A stretch of DNA of 64,000 nt from Devosia sp. (GCA_040081185.1 JBEBHC010000002.1:1693-65692), one strand, 5' to 3'. Shown: positions 36,515 to 48,339, counted from the first letter of the stretch. The notes: generated by a model from the letters alone, not told the origin. Program-made: numbers and translations.

Positions 36515-36631
36515 CTGTTCGCCGGCAAATGCCGGGAACCGGGCCACCCGGGAATGCCATTCGCCAATGCTGGGGATGTGCATGGGACACCCGAATTCAA
36601 CCACGTTGCTCATCGGAGAATGTGACCCATG
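36515..36631 (+). promoter_or_regulatory. ROSE-type RNA thermometer 5' UTR
   Basis: structured leader ending in CACGTTGCTCATCGGAGAATGTG, with the U(U/C)GCU motif opposite the GGAG SD. Confidence 0.55.
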
Positions 36632-37084
36632 ACCACTGTCGATTTTACCCCCTTCTATCGCTCCACCGTCGGCTTCGACCGGCTGTTCAATCGTCTCGAC
36701 GGCCTCGTCGGCCAGGAGGCGAAAACGTACCCGCCCTACAACATCGAAAAGCTGGGCGATGATTCCTACCGCATCTCGATCGCCGTCGCCGGTTTCGCCG
36801 AGAGCGACCTCGTTCTCGAGACCAAGGAAAACGGCCTCGTCGTGAAGGGTGCCAAGGCGCCCGAGTCGAGCGAGAAAGCCCGTGAGTTCCTGCATCGCGG
36901 CATTGCCGAGCGCGCCTTCGAGCTGCGCTTCCAGCTTGCCGAGCATGTGGAAGTCACCGGCGCCAGCCTCGCCAACGGCCTGCTCCATGTCGAGCTGAAG
37001 CGCGAACTGCCCGAGTCCAAGAAGCCCCGCACCATCGCCATCAACGGCATGGCGCCTAAGGCAATCGAGACCTCGGTCAACTAA
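36629..37084 (+). CDS. ibpA: small heat shock protein (Hsp20)
   Basis: DFTPFYRSTVGFDRLF, YPPYNIE, AVAGF, FLHRGIAERAF, NGLL. Confidence 0.93.
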   Translation: MTTVDFTPFYRSTVGFDRLFNRLDGLVGQEAKTYPPYNIEKLGDDSYRISIAVAGFAESDLVLETKENGLVVKGAKAPESSEKAREFLHRGIAERAFELRFQLAEHVEVTGASLANGLLHVELKRELPESKKPRTIAINGMAPKAIETSVN

Positions 37085-37149
37085 AGTTCCGGTCACGGAC
37101 TGCTTGAGCCGCCTCCGTCCCCCCGAGACCGGCTGAAGCGACCAGAAAG

Positions 37150-37180
37150 AAGGCGTGGACCAAAAGGTCCGCGCCTTTTT
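37150..37180 (+). terminator. intrinsic terminator after ibpA
   Basis: AAGGCGTGGACC-AAAA-GGTCCGCGCC-TTTTT. Confidence 0.75.
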
Positions 37181-37195
37181 GATTCCGCGCCACGC

Positions 37196-37221
37196 GGAAC
37201 CGGCCGGGGAGCCCGGGGGTT
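37196..37221 (+). promoter_or_regulatory. putative EcfG/RpoE2 general-stress promoter of dps
   Basis: GGAAC-N17-GGTT. Confidence 0.5.
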
Positions 37222-37255
37222 TATCGGGACAATTCGCGTCATTCCCGAGGACAAA

Positions 37256-37735
37256 ATGCTCAAGAAGAACCCCGACATTGGCATCGAAGCCGATACGAAG
37301 GCCAAGATGATCGACCTGCTCAACGCCCGCCTGGCCGATGCGATCGACCTGGCGCTGATCACCAAGCAGGCACACTGGAACCTGAAGGGCCCGACTTTCA
37401 TCGCCGTGCACGAATTCCTCGACGAAGTCCGCGAGGAACTCGATGAGCACGTCGACATCATCGCCGAGCGCGTCGCACAGTTGGACGGCATCGCACTTGG
37501 CACGATCCAGACCGTCGCCAAGGCGACCAAGCTGCCGGCCTACCCCACCGACATCCGCAAGGTGGAAGATCACCTGAAGGCTTTGGTCGACCGCTTCGCA
37601 GCGCTGAGCAAAGCCACCCGTGAGTCCATCGACCAGGCCGACGATGCCGGCGACGCCGACACCACCGACATCCTCACCGCCTTCTCGCGCGCGCTCGACA
37701 AGAACCTGTGGTTCCTGAAGAGCCACCTCGAATAG
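37256..37735 (+). CDS. dps: DNA starvation/stationary phase protection protein Dps
   Basis: KQAHWNLKGPTFIAVHEFLD, DIIAERVAQLDG, DKNLWFL. Confidence 0.93.
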   Translation: MLKKNPDIGIEADTKAKMIDLLNARLADAIDLALITKQAHWNLKGPTFIAVHEFLDEVREELDEHVDIIAERVAQLDGIALGTIQTVAKATKLPAYPTDIRKVEDHLKALVDRFAALSKATRESIDQADDAGDADTTDILTAFSRALDKNLWFLKSHLE

Positions 37736-37738
37736 GGT

Positions 37739-38431
37739 TCAACGGCGGTCGGCGGCGACCTGGCCGTCGACCATGAAGACCTGACGCCTGCAACGCGAAG
37801 CGATCTTCTCGTCGTGCGTGGAAATGAGGAAGGCCGTTCCTTCCTCATTCATTTCGGTCAGAAGCGTCATCACCTGATCTGCACTCTCGCGGTCGAGGTT
37901 TCCCGTCGGCTCGTCCGCGAGCACCAGTTCCGGTGCGTTCATGAGGGACCGGGCCACAGCTACCCGCTGTTTCTGGCCGCCCGACAATTTGCTGGCCAGA
38001 TAGTCCCGGCGATCCGAGAGGCCGACGCGATCCAGCAGGTCCGCGGCACGATCCAGATCTCCGCGCCGTTCCCGGCCGTGGCGCGCGGCGGCCGGAAAGA
38101 CGACGTTTTCCAGCGCGGTAAAATCAGGCAGCAGAAGGTGCGCCTGGAACACGAAGCCGATGTGACGGTTCCGAAACTCCGTCAGCACATCGTCGGCCGC
38201 TCCGATCAGACTCTCCCCGAGAATGGTCAGGGTCCCACCGGTGGGCCGCATCAGTGTCCCCAGGATATTCAGCAAGGTCGATTTGCCGGAGCCGGACGGC
38301 CCCAGCAGGGCCACCAGTTCGCTTCTGGCGATGTCGAGGTTCACGCCCCTCAGGATACGGGCGGCAGCCTCACCTTCGTCATAGGTTTTGACGAGGTCGC
38401 GAACCTGCACGAGCGAAGCAGCACCGGTCAC
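37739..38431 (-). CDS. ABC transporter ATP-binding protein (LolD/MacB-like)
   Basis: GPSGSGKS, LSGGQKQRVA, LADEPTGNLD, STHD. Confidence 0.92.
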   Translation of the reverse strand: MTGAASLVQVRDLVKTYDEGEAAARILRGVNLDIARSELVALLGPSGSGKSTLLNILGTLMRPTGGTLTILGESLIGAADDVLTEFRNRHIGFVFQAHLLLPDFTALENVVFPAAARHGRERRGDLDRAADLLDRVGLSDRRDYLASKLSGGQKQRVAVARSLMNAPELVLADEPTGNLDRESADQVMTLLTEMNEEGTAFLISTHDEKIASRCRRQVFMVDGQVAADRR

Positions 38432-39633
38432 GGTCCAATCGCCTTCACCGGATCGATCCGCGCCGCCGAGCTGGCCGGCCAGATGGCCGCAACGACTGCA
38501 CCGCCGAGGGTGAGCAAAATCGCCGCAAGATAGGCGCCCTGGCGCACATCCACCGGCAGTCCGCCACCCTTGGCCAACTCCGGGGATGGAAAGGGCAGCA
38601 GTGAGATATAACCCAGCCCTGCGCCGAGCAGGCCACCGGCCAACCCGATCAGCGCGCCTTGCAGCACAAATACCAGCACCACAAAGCCGCGGCTCGCCCC
38701 CATGGCGCGCATGATCCCGATTTCGCTCTGTCGGCGATAAGTCGACAGGAGCAATGCGCTGGCGACCCCGATGACAATCGTCACCAGGGCGAACGCCTTG
38801 ATGAGGTTGCCCGAACTCGCCTGAGCCGTCAGGCCCTCGAGCAATTGGGCATTCTGGTCCTGCCAGGCGGTCGCCTTGAGGCCAAGTCGCGCCCTGATGT
38901 CCCCGGCTACGCTGCGGGCCAGTTGCAGATCGTCGAGCTTGATCTCGTAGCGGGACAGGCCCGCAGGCAGATCGAGTAGCAGCCGGGCTGCCCTGAGATT
39001 GAGATAGACCGCCGTGTTGTCGACACCCGAGACGCCCAGCTCGAATATGCCGCCGACAGTGATCGACTGCTCGATGTTGCGGTCGGAACGCATGATGACC
39101 GATTGTCCGACGCCAATTCCCAGGCTGTCGGCAAGTCCCTTGCCGATTACGGCTGTCCCCAGCATCAGGTCCGTCGACCCGGCAACCAGGTCGGCCTCGA
39201 TATTGGCGATGGCGGAAACGTCCTCGGCAACGACACCGGTGATCTGAATGGGTGCCACTGCCTCACCCTTCACCATGAAGCCATTGCCGAGCACCTTGCC
39301 CACCACTGTTCTGACATGCGGCGCCGCCAGCAGGATAGGCAGATAGACCTCAGCCGACTGAAGTGTCGGTCGCTGCTGCGTCGATTTCAGCACGGCGACA
39401 AGTGTACCGGGCGCCGAACCCATGATGGATGCTGGGTCGCGGTCGGGTGGCTCGACCACCACATGGGCAACGCTGCCCACTGTACGATCGATCAGCAGCA
39501 CGGCCAGACCGCCGATAAGCGCGCTCATGAAGACGAACACATAGACGCCGACGGCTACCCCGAGAATGAGGAGCAGAGACTGGGCACGGTTGGCGGTGAG
39601 ATAGCGCGCCGCGATCTTGATGCTGTAGAGCAC
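38428..39633 (-). CDS. ABC transporter permease (FtsX/LolE-like)
   Basis: GVAVGV, EIGIMRAMGAS, AIWPASSAARIDPVKAI. Confidence 0.88.
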   Translation of the reverse strand: MLYSIKIAARYLTANRAQSLLLILGVAVGVYVFVFMSALIGGLAVLLIDRTVGSVAHVVVEPPDRDPASIMGSAPGTLVAVLKSTQQRPTLQSAEVYLPILLAAPHVRTVVGKVLGNGFMVKGEAVAPIQITGVVAEDVSAIANIEADLVAGSTDLMLGTAVIGKGLADSLGIGVGQSVIMRSDRNIEQSITVGGIFELGVSGVDNTAVYLNLRAARLLLDLPAGLSRYEIKLDDLQLARSVAGDIRARLGLKATAWQDQNAQLLEGLTAQASSGNLIKAFALVTIVIGVASALLLSTYRRQSEIGIMRAMGASRGFVVLVFVLQGALIGLAGGLLGAGLGYISLLPFPSPELAKGGGLPVDVRQGAYLAAILLTLGGAVVAAIWPASSAARIDPVKAIGP

Positions 39634-39635
39634 CG

Positions 39636-40736
39636 CTACTCCTTAGGGGCCACGAGGGCCCCCTCTCGCGCCACAGCTTTGCTCTCAGCGACCAGCACAT
39701 CGCCGGCCTCGAGCCCGGACGTAGCGATTAGGCGTTCCGACGGCCAGTCGATGTATTGCACCGGACGCCGCACGGCCTTGCCGTCGACAATGACATAGAC
39801 TGCGGGGACCTCGCCGGCGATCAGCGCCCCGCGCGGCAGCGTTATCGCCTCGCTTTGTTCCTCGACCACGATATTGAGAGTGACCGTGAGCCCAACCGGG
39901 AGAGCGAGATCTGCCGCGCCCGGCAGAGAAACCCGCACCAGCCGTCCGCCCGTAGAGGCGTCCACACGCGGTGAGACATAGACGACCTTTCCGTCGATGA
40001 TTCCCGTATGGCCGGCTGGCCGGGCCTTGACCACCAGGCCGCGTTTCACCTCCGAGGCGTAAAGCTCATCAACACTGGCTTCGCCGTGCAGGCTCGTGAG
40101 TTCCGCAAACAGGAACAGCGGCGTGGAGCTGTTGACGACCTGCCCGGGATCGGCGCTGCGGGTCAGTATCGTACCGGGAAATGGCGCCCGCACCGTATGC
40201 TGCTCGAGCAGATCGCGACCCTGCTCGAGAAGCGAAGCAAGTCGGTCGACTTCCTTCTGCGCGGTCTCGACCGCCAGCCTGGCATCGTCGAGCGATTTCT
40301 GGGAGATCGAATTCTCGAGCCCCTGGGCGCGTTCGTAGTCCATCTTTGCCTGGGCGAGACGGGCCCCGGCTGCTTCGACCTGAGCCTGGGCCTGTGCAAC
40401 CGCGGCACGCTGCTGCGTGTCGTCGATGGAGAGCAGCGGTGTATTCTGGTTCACGCTGTCGCCCTCATCGACCATCACGGTCGAGACACGGCCGGTCACA
40501 GTGGAATTGATTTCGACTTCGCGCGCCGGGGTAACCCGCCCGTTCACAGCGAGAACCCGGCTGGCCGGACCCGGCGATACAAGCTCAACTGCAACCAGTA
40601 CCGGTTTTGGGACCCAGGGACGATTGACCGCCGCCCAGCCCAGCCCACCGCCAACAATCAGCACGACAACAAACCACACGGCAAGCCGCCGACGACGCCG
40701 TCGACCGGCAGGCGCGTGCCCCTGAACTTCGCTCAA
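39636..40736 (-). CDS. efflux periplasmic adaptor (MacA-like)
   Basis: N-terminal TM, VDEGDSV, VRAPFPG, VDELY, ITLPRGA. Confidence 0.85.
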   Translation of the reverse strand: MSEVQGHAPAGRRRRRRLAVWFVVVLIVGGGLGWAAVNRPWVPKPVLVAVELVSPGPASRVLAVNGRVTPAREVEINSTVTGRVSTVMVDEGDSVNQNTPLLSIDDTQQRAAVAQAQAQVEAAGARLAQAKMDYERAQGLENSISQKSLDDARLAVETAQKEVDRLASLLEQGRDLLEQHTVRAPFPGTILTRSADPGQVVNSSTPLFLFAELTSLHGEASVDELYASEVKRGLVVKARPAGHTGIIDGKVVYVSPRVDASTGGRLVRVSLPGAADLALPVGLTVTLNIVVEEQSEAITLPRGALIAGEVPAVYVIVDGKAVRRPVQYIDWPSERLIATSGLEAGDVLVAESKAVAREGALVAPKE

Positions 40737-40901
40737 TTATGCCTCCAGCTACCGGCGCCAGTTACGAGAAGACGGGGTCGGCAGTTTCCTTCTCAAGCAT
40801 GTTTGTAGCGGCATTTCCTTGCGATGCCTCAATCCAGCCGCCAGCGGCGCGGACCCGGCAAATCTGTTGTCAGCCCGACCCCGCGACACTACGCTTTGTC
40901 G

Positions 40902-41846
40902 ATGGGTGGGACATTGCTGATCTGGAATATCGATGCGGGACTGTTCGGCAATCTGAACTTTGCAATGAACAGCCTCTATCGGGGCATGGCTGAAACCAAC
41001 ACCACCGCCGCGCGGGTCGAATGGTTTCGGCAGGAACGCTCCGTCGATTTCAGCTATGGCCCGGTCGGCGTCAATCTCTGGGACAGCTTCTTCGAGCCTC
41101 TGGCTTTTTCCGATTGCCCCGAGCCTGTGATCCGCACGCCCGGTCACTTGGTCGCCGACCCACTGGGCGGGCAATGGATGTACCACACTTATAAGTGCGT
41201 TCCCGATTGGAGGCAGACCTTCAACGCGCTCTACGCGCGCCATATCCGGATCCGCCCCGCTGTCCGGGAACGCCTCGACGCGATCCGCGCCAGTCGGTTC
41301 GCGGGAAGGCGAGTCCTGGGTGTCCACGCGCGCGGTCAGGGTATTTCCGGTGAGAATATGTTTAACGTACCTCGCCCGGACTATTGGATCAGCCGCACGC
41401 GCGACGCCATGCGCGACCTGAGCGCAGATGCCGTGTTCCTCGCTTCGGATTCGAGCGTGATGGTGGACGCCTACAGTGCCGCCTTCGGCGATAGACTGAT
41501 CACGCAGGACAACGTACATCGCGGCACGGCTCGAGGCGAAATTCATCGCTACTTCAAGCAGGACGGGTATGAACTCGGCGTGCAGGTGATCCTCGATTGC
41601 CTGCTGCTTGCCAGCTCAGTCGGCCTGCTGCACGTGACGAGCAACGTGGCGACCGCCGCGGGTTACATCAACCCGACAATGCCGATGATTTATTGCGAGA
41701 CACCGCTGCGGGCAAAGATCGCCACCGCCTTCGTCCGCCGCTTCGGTAGGCCGGGAATAACCCGCTGGTCGCAAGTCCGCATGGCGCGGCGCATCATCGG
41801 CCGCGAACTCGCGTACATGAAGACGCGGCGGAAACGGAAGGCATAG
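40902..41846 (+). CDS. putative NodZ/O-fucosyltransferase-like (GT-B) glycosyltransferase
   Basis: AGLFGNL, VLGVHARG, VFLASDS, ILDCLLLA..SNVATAA pattern; start 40902 or 40824. Confidence 0.55.
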   Translation: MGGTLLIWNIDAGLFGNLNFAMNSLYRGMAETNTTAARVEWFRQERSVDFSYGPVGVNLWDSFFEPLAFSDCPEPVIRTPGHLVADPLGGQWMYHTYKCVPDWRQTFNALYARHIRIRPAVRERLDAIRASRFAGRRVLGVHARGQGISGENMFNVPRPDYWISRTRDAMRDLSADAVFLASDSSVMVDAYSAAFGDRLITQDNVHRGTARGEIHRYFKQDGYELGVQVILDCLLLASSVGLLHVTSNVATAAGYINPTMPMIYCETPLRAKIATAFVRRFGRPGITRWSQVRMARRIIGRELAYMKTRRKRKA

Positions 41847-42181
41847 GCCGCGCCGCAAGATTCTGACTTGACCCGCTTGCCCGCAGTTTAGACTTATGAC
41901 AATGTAGCCATATAGGACAGGTATGCTGTCCAAAAAATGGGCACCCGCTCTCCGCGGAACTGCCCAGACGCCGCACCGGCTGGCCCGCTTGTCGAAAGCG
42001 GAAACGGGAGGCGGGGCAAGAAGCCCGAACGAGCGGCCATTTGGATGCAGAGCCGCTCCCCATCGAATAAGATTGCGCCGATCGGCTGAGCCGTACCAAA
42101 TGTACGACCCGGATTGTCGGCGCGTCGAAAGGAACCGAACGGCTCGCCGGTCTAACCGGCACGACAACGAGGACGAGTGAG

Positions 42182-45100
42182 ATGACTGAGATCAAGGACG
42201 GACCGGTACCCCATCCCGCCGCGGACCTCGCATTTCGCAAAGCCTATGAGCCCAAGGCAGCAGGCCTGTTCGACCCTGCCCGCGAGACCGATGCCTGCGG
42301 CGTCGGCTTCATCGTCGACCTCAAGAACCGCCCGAGCCACAAGATCATCCAGAACGGCCTCGCCATTCTGGAAAATCTCGAGCATCGCGGTGCCGTAGGC
42401 GCCGATCCACTGATGGGCGACGGCGCCGGCATCATGGTGCAAATTCCGCACGCCTTCTTCGTCAAGGAGATGGCCAAGCAGGGTGTCACCCTGCCCGAGC
42501 CCGGCAAGTATGCCGTGGGCGCCATCTTCATGCCGCAGAACGCCGAGATGCGCGCCAAGATGGTTCGCGTCGTGGAGAAGTCCATCGAGGACGAAGGCCA
42601 GACGGTGCTCGGCTGGCGCGACGTGCCCTCGGACAATGCCTCGCTCAGCAAGGCGCCCGAAATCGTCGCCACCGAACCCTACCACAGCCAGGTCATCATC
42701 GGCCGGGGTACGCGCGTCGCCGACGACGAGGCCTTCGAGCGCAAGCTCTATATCATCCGCAAGGTCTGCTCGGGCAAGATCTACTCGGCCTTCGAGGGCA
42801 AGCCGAACGACTTCTATGTCGTGTCGATGAGCTGCCGCACCCTCATCTACAAGGGCATGTTCCTCGCGGCCCAGCTGCGCGCCTACTACCCTGATCTCAG
42901 CGACCCGGATTTCCAGTCGGCGCTCGCCCTTGTGCACCAGCGCTTTTCGACCAACACCTTCCCGAGCTGGCGGCTCGCGCATCCCTATCGCTTCGTCTGC
43001 CACAACGGCGAAATCAACACCGTCCGCGGTAACGTCAACTGGATGGCGGCGCGCCAGGCTTCGGTGTCATCTGAACTATTCGGCGCCGACATCCAGAAGC
43101 TCTGGCCGATCTCCTATCCCGGCCAGTCGGACACCGCGTGCTTCGACAACGCGCTCGAATTCCTGACGCGCGGCGGCTATTCGCTGCCGCATGCGGCCAT
43201 GATGCTGATCCCGGAAGCCTGGGCCGGCAACCCGCAGATGGATGAAGACCGTCGCGCATTCTACGAATACCACGCCGCGCTGATGGAGCCGTGGGACGGC
43301 CCGGCCGCCATGTGCTTCTCGGACGGCATCCATATCGGCGCCACGCTCGACCGCAACGGCCTGCGCCCGGCGCGCTACATCGTCACCGACGAGGACGAGG
43401 TCATCATGGCCTCCGAGATGGGTACGCTGCCCATCCCGCCCGAAAAGATCGTCAAGAAGTGGCGCCTGCAGCCCGGCAAGATGCTGCTGATCGACCTCAA
43501 GAAGGGTGCCATCGTCTCGGACGAGGAGATCAAGGCCGAACTCGCCACCGCCCAGCCCTATCGCCAGTGGCTGGCCCGTACGCAGATTGTGCTGGAAGAC
43601 CTACCGGAAGTCGCCTCGCAGGCGCCCAAGAACGACGTTCCGCTGCTCGATCTGCAGCAGGCTTTCGGCTACACGCAGGAAGACCTGAAGCTCATCCTGC
43701 CGCCGATGGCAACCACCGGTCAGGAAGCGACCGGCTCGATGGGCACCGATACGCCGATCTCGGCCATGTCGGATCAGAGCAAGCTGCTCTACACCTACTT
43801 CAAGCAGAACTTCGCGCAGGTCACCAACCCGCCGATCGACTCGATCCGCGAGGAATCGGTGATGAGCCTCGTGAGCTTCATCGGCCCGCGTCCCAACATC
43901 CTCGACCTCGAGGGGCAAGCCAAGCGCCAGCGCCTCGAAGTGCGCCAGCCGATCCTGACCAATGCCGATCTCGAGAAGATCCGCGCCATCGGATCGATGG
44001 AGGACAACCCGTTCCGCTCCAAGTCGCTCGACATCACCTACCCGGCGGCCGACGGCGCAGCGGGCATGGCCGAGGCGCTCGACCAGCTGTTCTCCGATGC
44101 CGAGATGGCGGCCCATTCGGGCGACAACATCATCATCCTGTCCGACCGCATGGTGGGGCCGGACCGCATCGCCATTCCCTCGCTGCTGGCGACGGCGGGC
44201 GTGCACCACCACCTGATCCGCAAGGGCCTGCGGACCTCGGTCGGCCTCGTGGTCGAGACCGGCGATGCGCGCGAAGTGCACCACTTCTGTGCGCTGGCAG
44301 GCTATGGCGCCGAAGCGATCAACCCCTGGCTTGCGTTCGAGACGCTGAGCGCCATGCGGGCCGGAACCAACGACATCCCCGAGGAGGTCGACGAGCACGA
44401 ACTCGTTTACCGCTACATCAAGGCGATCGGTAAGGGCATCCTTAAGGTCACTGCCAAGATGGGCATCTCGACCTATCAGTCCTATTGCGGCGCGCAGATT
44501 TTCGACGCCGTCGGCCTGAGCTCCGATTTCATCTCGACCTATTTCACCGGCACGGCGACGACCATCGAGGGCGCCGGCCTGAACGAGATCGCCGAGGAAA
44601 CGATGCGTCGCCACAACGACGCGTTCGGCGACAGCCCGGTGCTCGAGGACAGTCTCGAAGTCGGCGGCGACTACGCCTTCCGCTTCCGCGGCGAAGCGCA
44701 CGTTTGGCGTTCCGAGACGGTCACCAATTTGCAGCATGCGGCGCGCGGCAATGCCCGCGACAAGTACCGCGAGTTCGCCCGACTCGTGAACGATGTGGAG
44801 GACCGCTACGTCACCATCCGCTCGCTCTTCCGGCTGAAGACCGCCGATGAGGACGGCCGCATGCCCGTGGCACTCGATGAAGTCGAGCCCGCCGCCGAGA
44901 TCGTCAAGCGCTTCTCGACCGGCGCCATGTCCTACGGCTCGATCAGCCGCGAAGCACACACCACGCTCGCCATCGCCATGAACCGGATCGGCGGCAAGTC
45001 GAACACCGGCGAAGGCGGCGAAGAAGTGGATCGCTTCACCCCGCTGCCCAACGGCGATTCCATGCGCTCGGCCATCAAGCAGGTCGCGTCGGGCCGCTTC

Positions 45101-46891
45101 GGCGTGACGGCGGAATATCTGGTCAACTCCGACATGATGCAGATCAAGATGGCGCAGGGTGCAAAGCCTGGTGAAGGCGGCCAGCTGCCCGGCCACAAGG
45201 TCGACAACGTCATCGCCAAGGTGCGGCACTCAACGCCCGGCGTCGGCCTGATCTCGCCGCCGCCGCACCACGACATCTATTCGATCGAAGATCTTGCACA
45301 GCTGATCTTCGACCTGAAGAACGTCAACCCGGCCGGTCAGGTGAGCGTCAAGCTCGTCTCCGAAGTTGGTGTCGGTACCGTTGCGGCAGGCGTCTCGAAG
45401 GCGCGCGCCGATCACGTGACAATCTCGGGCTATGAGGGCGGTACCGGCGCGAGCCCGCTGACCTCGCTGAAGCATGCCGGCTCCCCGTGGGAGATCGGCC
45501 TCGCCGAAACGCATCAGACTCTCGTCGCCAACAAGCTGCGCGGCCGCATCGCCGTGCAGGTCGATGGCGGCATCCGCACGGGCCGCGACGTCGTCATCGG
45601 CGCGCTGCTCGGTGCCGACGAATTCGGCCTCGCCACCGCACCGCTGATCGCGGCGGGTTGCGTGATGATGCGCAAGTGCCATCTCAACACCTGCCCTGTC
45701 GGCATCGCGACGCAGGACCCGGTGCTGCGCGCCCGCTTCACCGGCAAGCCCGAACACGTCATCAACTACCTGTTCTTCGTGGCCGAAGAGGTCCGCGAGA
45801 TCATGGCGACGCTCGGCTACCGCAAGGTGGACGAGATGGTCGGCCAGATGCAGATGCTGGACAAGACCGAGGCCGTCTCGCACTGGAAGGCCAAGGGACT
45901 CGACTTCACCCGGCTGTTCCACAAGCCGGTGGCTGCAGAGGGCGTTGCGATCTCGAACACCGAGACGCAGAACCATCCCATCGCCAACGTCCTCGATCGC
46001 CGGCTGATCGACAAGGCCAAGGCGGCCCTCGACAACCGTACGCCGGTGCAGATCACCGAGACCATCAGCTCTACCGACCGCACGGCCGGCGCGATGATTT
46101 CGGGCGAGGTTGCCAAGCGCTACGGGCAGGCCGGCCTGGCAGAGGACACGATTGCCGTTTCGCTGACCGGCACCGGCGGGCAGAGCTTCGGCGCGTTCCT
46201 CGCGAAGGGCGTTTCATTCGACCTCATCGGCGAAGCCAATGACTATGTCGGCAAAGGCCTGAGCGGCGGCCGGCTGGTCGTGCGCCCGTCCGAAAAGTCT
46301 GCGGCCAAGCCGGAAGAGTCGATCGTTATCGGCAACACAGCGCTCTATGGCGCGACGGAAGGCGAATGCTACTTCCGCGGCATCGCCGGCGAACGCTTCG
46401 CCGTGCGCAACTCCGGCGCCATCGCCGTTGTCGAAGGCACCGGCGACCACGGGCTCGAATATATGACGGGCGGCATCGCCGTCGTCCTCGGCAAGACCGG
46501 CCGCAACTTTGCGGCGGGCATGTCGGGCGGCATCGCCTATGTGCTCGACGAAGACGGCACGTTCGAGAGCCGCTGCAACTTGTCGATGGTCGAACTCGAA
46601 CCAGTGGTCGAGGAGGAAATGCTCCGCGAGCGCGAGTATCACCAGAAGGGCGACCTGATGACCAACGGGCTCGTCGAGATCATGGGCGACCTCCGCAACG
46701 GCGATGCCGAGCGGCTGCGCCAGCTCATCCTGCGCCACAAGAGCTTCACCGGCTCCAACGTCGCAACCAGGATTCTCGACAACTGGGCCGAGTACCTGCC
46801 CAAGTTCAAAAAGGTCATGCCGGTGGAATACCGCCGTGCCCTGGCCGAGCTCGAAAAAGCACAGGCTGTGCAGCAAGTGGCGGCGGAGTAA
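42182..46891 (+). CDS. gltB: glutamate synthase large subunit
   Basis: DACGVGF N-terminal Cys, [45 protein letters not shown]. Confidence 0.97.
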   Translation: MTEIKDGPVPHPAADLAFRKAYEPKAAGLFDPARETDACGVGFIVDLKNRPSHKIIQNGLAILENLEHRGAVGADPLMGDGAGIMVQIPHAFFVKEMAKQGVTLPEPGKYAVGAIFMPQNAEMRAKMVRVVEKSIEDEGQTVLGWRDVPSDNASLSKAPEIVATEPYHSQVIIGRGTRVADDEAFERKLYIIRKVCSGKIYSAFEGKPNDFYVVSMSCRTLIYKGMFLAAQLRAYYPDLSDPDFQSALALVHQRFSTNTFPSWRLAHPYRFVCHNGEINTVRGNVNWMAARQASVSSELFGADIQKLWPISYPGQSDTACFDNALEFLTRGGYSLPHAAMMLIPEAWAGNPQMDEDRRAFYEYHAALMEPWDGPAAMCFSDGIHIGATLDRNGLRPARYIVTDEDEVIMASEMGTLPIPPEKIVKKWRLQPGKMLLIDLKKGAIVSDEEIKAELATAQPYRQWLARTQIVLEDLPEVASQAPKNDVPLLDLQQAFGYTQEDLKLILPPMATTGQEATGSMGTDTPISAMSDQSKLLYTYFKQNFAQVTNPPIDSIREESVMSLVSFIGPRPNILDLEGQAKRQRLEVRQPILTNADLEKIRAIGSMEDNPFRSKSLDITYPAADGAAGMAEALDQLFSDAEMAAHSGDNIIILSDRMVGPDRIAIPSLLATAGVHHHLIRKGLRTSVGLVVETGDAREVHHFCALAGYGAEAINPWLAFETLSAMRAGTNDIPEEVDEHELVYRYIKAIGKGILKVTAKMGISTYQSYCGAQIFDAVGLSSDFISTYFTGTATTIEGAGLNEIAEETMRRHNDAFGDSPVLEDSLEVGGDYAFRFRGEAHVWRSETVTNLQHAARGNARDKYREFARLVNDVEDRYVTIRSLFRLKTADEDGRMPVALDEVEPAAEIVKRFSTGAMSYGSISREAHTTLAIAMNRIGGKSNTGEGGEEVDRFTPLPNGDSMRSAIKQVASGRFGVTAEYLVNSDMMQIKMAQGAKPGEGGQLPGHKVDNVIAKVRHSTPGVGLISPPPHHDIYSIEDLAQLIFDLKNVNPAGQVSVKLVSEVGVGTVAAGVSKARADHVTISGYEGGTGASPLTSLKHAGSPWEIGLAETHQTLVANKLRGRIAVQVDGGIRTGRDVVIGALLGADEFGLATAPLIAAGCVMMRKCHLNTCPVGIATQDPVLRARFTGKPEHVINYLFFVAEEVREIMATLGYRKVDEMVGQMQMLDKTEAVSHWKAKGLDFTRLFHKPVAAEGVAISNTETQNHPIANVLDRRLIDKAKAALDNRTPVQITETISSTDRTAGAMISGEVAKRYGQAGLAEDTIAVSLTGTGGQSFGAFLAKGVSFDLIGEANDYVGKGLSGGRLVVRPSEKSAAKPEESIVIGNTALYGATEGECYFRGIAGERFAVRNSGAIAVVEGTGDHGLEYMTGGIAVVLGKTGRNFAAGMSGGIAYVLDEDGTFESRCNLSMVELEPVVEEEMLREREYHQKGDLMTNGLVEIMGDLRNGDAERLRQLILRHKSFTGSNVATRILDNWAEYLPKFKKVMPVEYRRALAELEKAQAVQQVAAE

Positions 46892-46896
46892 GCGTT

Positions 46897-48315
46897 ATGG
46901 GCAAGATCACCGGCTTCCTCGAGATCGAGAAGGACGACCGCGACTATCGTCCGATCGATGAGCGGCTCAAGCACTACAAGGAATTCACCATCCCGCTCGG
47001 CGAGAAGGGGACGCGCGACCAGGCGGCGCGCTGCATGGATTGCGGCGTGCCCTATTGTCACAACGGCTGCCCGGTCAACAACCAGATCCCGGACTGGAAC
47101 GACCTCGTCTATCGCGGCGACTGGCTGAAGGCGCTCAAGAACCTTCATTCGACCAACAACTTCCCGGAGTTCACCGGCCGCATCTGCCCCGCCCCGTGCG
47201 AGGCGGCGTGCACGATCAACATCATCGACTCCCCGGTGAGCATCAAGTCGATCGAGTGCGCTATCGTCGACAAGGGCTTCGAGGAAGGCTGGATCGTCCC
47301 CGACATCAACCCGCACAAGACCGGCAAGAGGGTCGCCGTGATCGGTTCGGGTCCTGCCGGCATGGCCTGCGCGCAGCAGCTGGCACGAGCCGGACACGAC
47401 GTGCATCTGTACGAGAAGAACAAGCAGGCCGGCGGGCTGATGCGTTACGGCATCCCCAACTTCAAGCTCGAGAAGTGGCAGCTCGACCGCCGCCTCGAGC
47501 AGATGCAGGCCGAAGGCGTGACGCTCCATCTTGGCGTTCATGTCGGCCGCGACGAGACGATGGATCAACTCGAGACCGAGTACGACGCCATTGCACTTGC
47601 CGGTGGCGCCGAGAAGCCGCGTGACCTGCCGATCCCCGGTCGCGATTTCGATGGGATCCACGTCGCCATGGATTTCCTCAGCCAGCAGAACAAGCGCGTC
47701 ACCAACGAGAACCTCGACAACATCAAGCCAATCCTCGCCGAGGGGAAGCATGTCGTCGTCATCGGCGGCGGGGATACCGGTTCGGACTGCATCGGAACGA
47801 GCAACCGCCAGGGTGCGCTTTCGGTGACCCAGATCGAGATCATGCCGGCCCCTCCCGAGAAGGAAAACAAGGAACTCACCTGGCCACTTTGGCCGATGAA
47901 GATGCGCACATCCTCCTCGCAGGAAGAGGGCGTGACGCGCGACTTTGCGGTGGCGACGGTGCGTTTCGAGGGCGAGAACGGTCAGGTCAAGAAGCTGGTC
48001 TGCGCCCGCGCCGACAACAAGTTCCAGCCGATCCCTGGAACTGAGTTCGAGCTGCAGGCTGATCTCGTGCTGCTGGCCATGGGCTTCCTCGGCCCGGTGG
48101 CGGAAGGCATGATCGCCGATAGCGGTATCGCACTGGACAAGCGCGGCAACGTCTTTGCCGACACGTTCAAGTACCAGACGAGCAAGCCGAAAGTGTTCTC
48201 CTGCGGCGACATGCGTCGCGGACAGTCCTTGGTGGTGTGGGCCATCCGCGAGGGCCGCCAGTGCGCGCGCTCGATCGACCAGACCCTGATGGGCGAGACG
48301 ACGCTGCCGCGTTAG
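46897..48315 (+). CDS. gltD: glutamate synthase small subunit
   Basis: [59 protein letters not shown]. Confidence 0.96.
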   Translation: MGKITGFLEIEKDDRDYRPIDERLKHYKEFTIPLGEKGTRDQAARCMDCGVPYCHNGCPVNNQIPDWNDLVYRGDWLKALKNLHSTNNFPEFTGRICPAPCEAACTINIIDSPVSIKSIECAIVDKGFEEGWIVPDINPHKTGKRVAVIGSGPAGMACAQQLARAGHDVHLYEKNKQAGGLMRYGIPNFKLEKWQLDRRLEQMQAEGVTLHLGVHVGRDETMDQLETEYDAIALAGGAEKPRDLPIPGRDFDGIHVAMDFLSQQNKRVTNENLDNIKPILAEGKHVVVIGGGDTGSDCIGTSNRQGALSVTQIEIMPAPPEKENKELTWPLWPMKMRTSSSQEEGVTRDFAVATVRFEGENGQVKKLVCARADNKFQPIPGTEFELQADLVLLAMGFLGPVAEGMIADSGIALDKRGNVFADTFKYQTSKPKVFSCGDMRRGQSLVVWAIREGRQCARSIDQTLMGETTLPR

Positions 48316-48339
48316 TCACGCGGTGAGATAGGAGGGAAA

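Noticed and set aside
41923-42180. 85-aa ORF in the gltB leader
   Set aside because: No recognisable motif, and the R/A/P-rich composition is typical of non-coding GC-rich DNA
46366-46896. N-terminal extension of GltD (649-aa ORF)
   Set aside because: Overlaps gltB out of frame; the typical GltD start MGKITGF is at 46897
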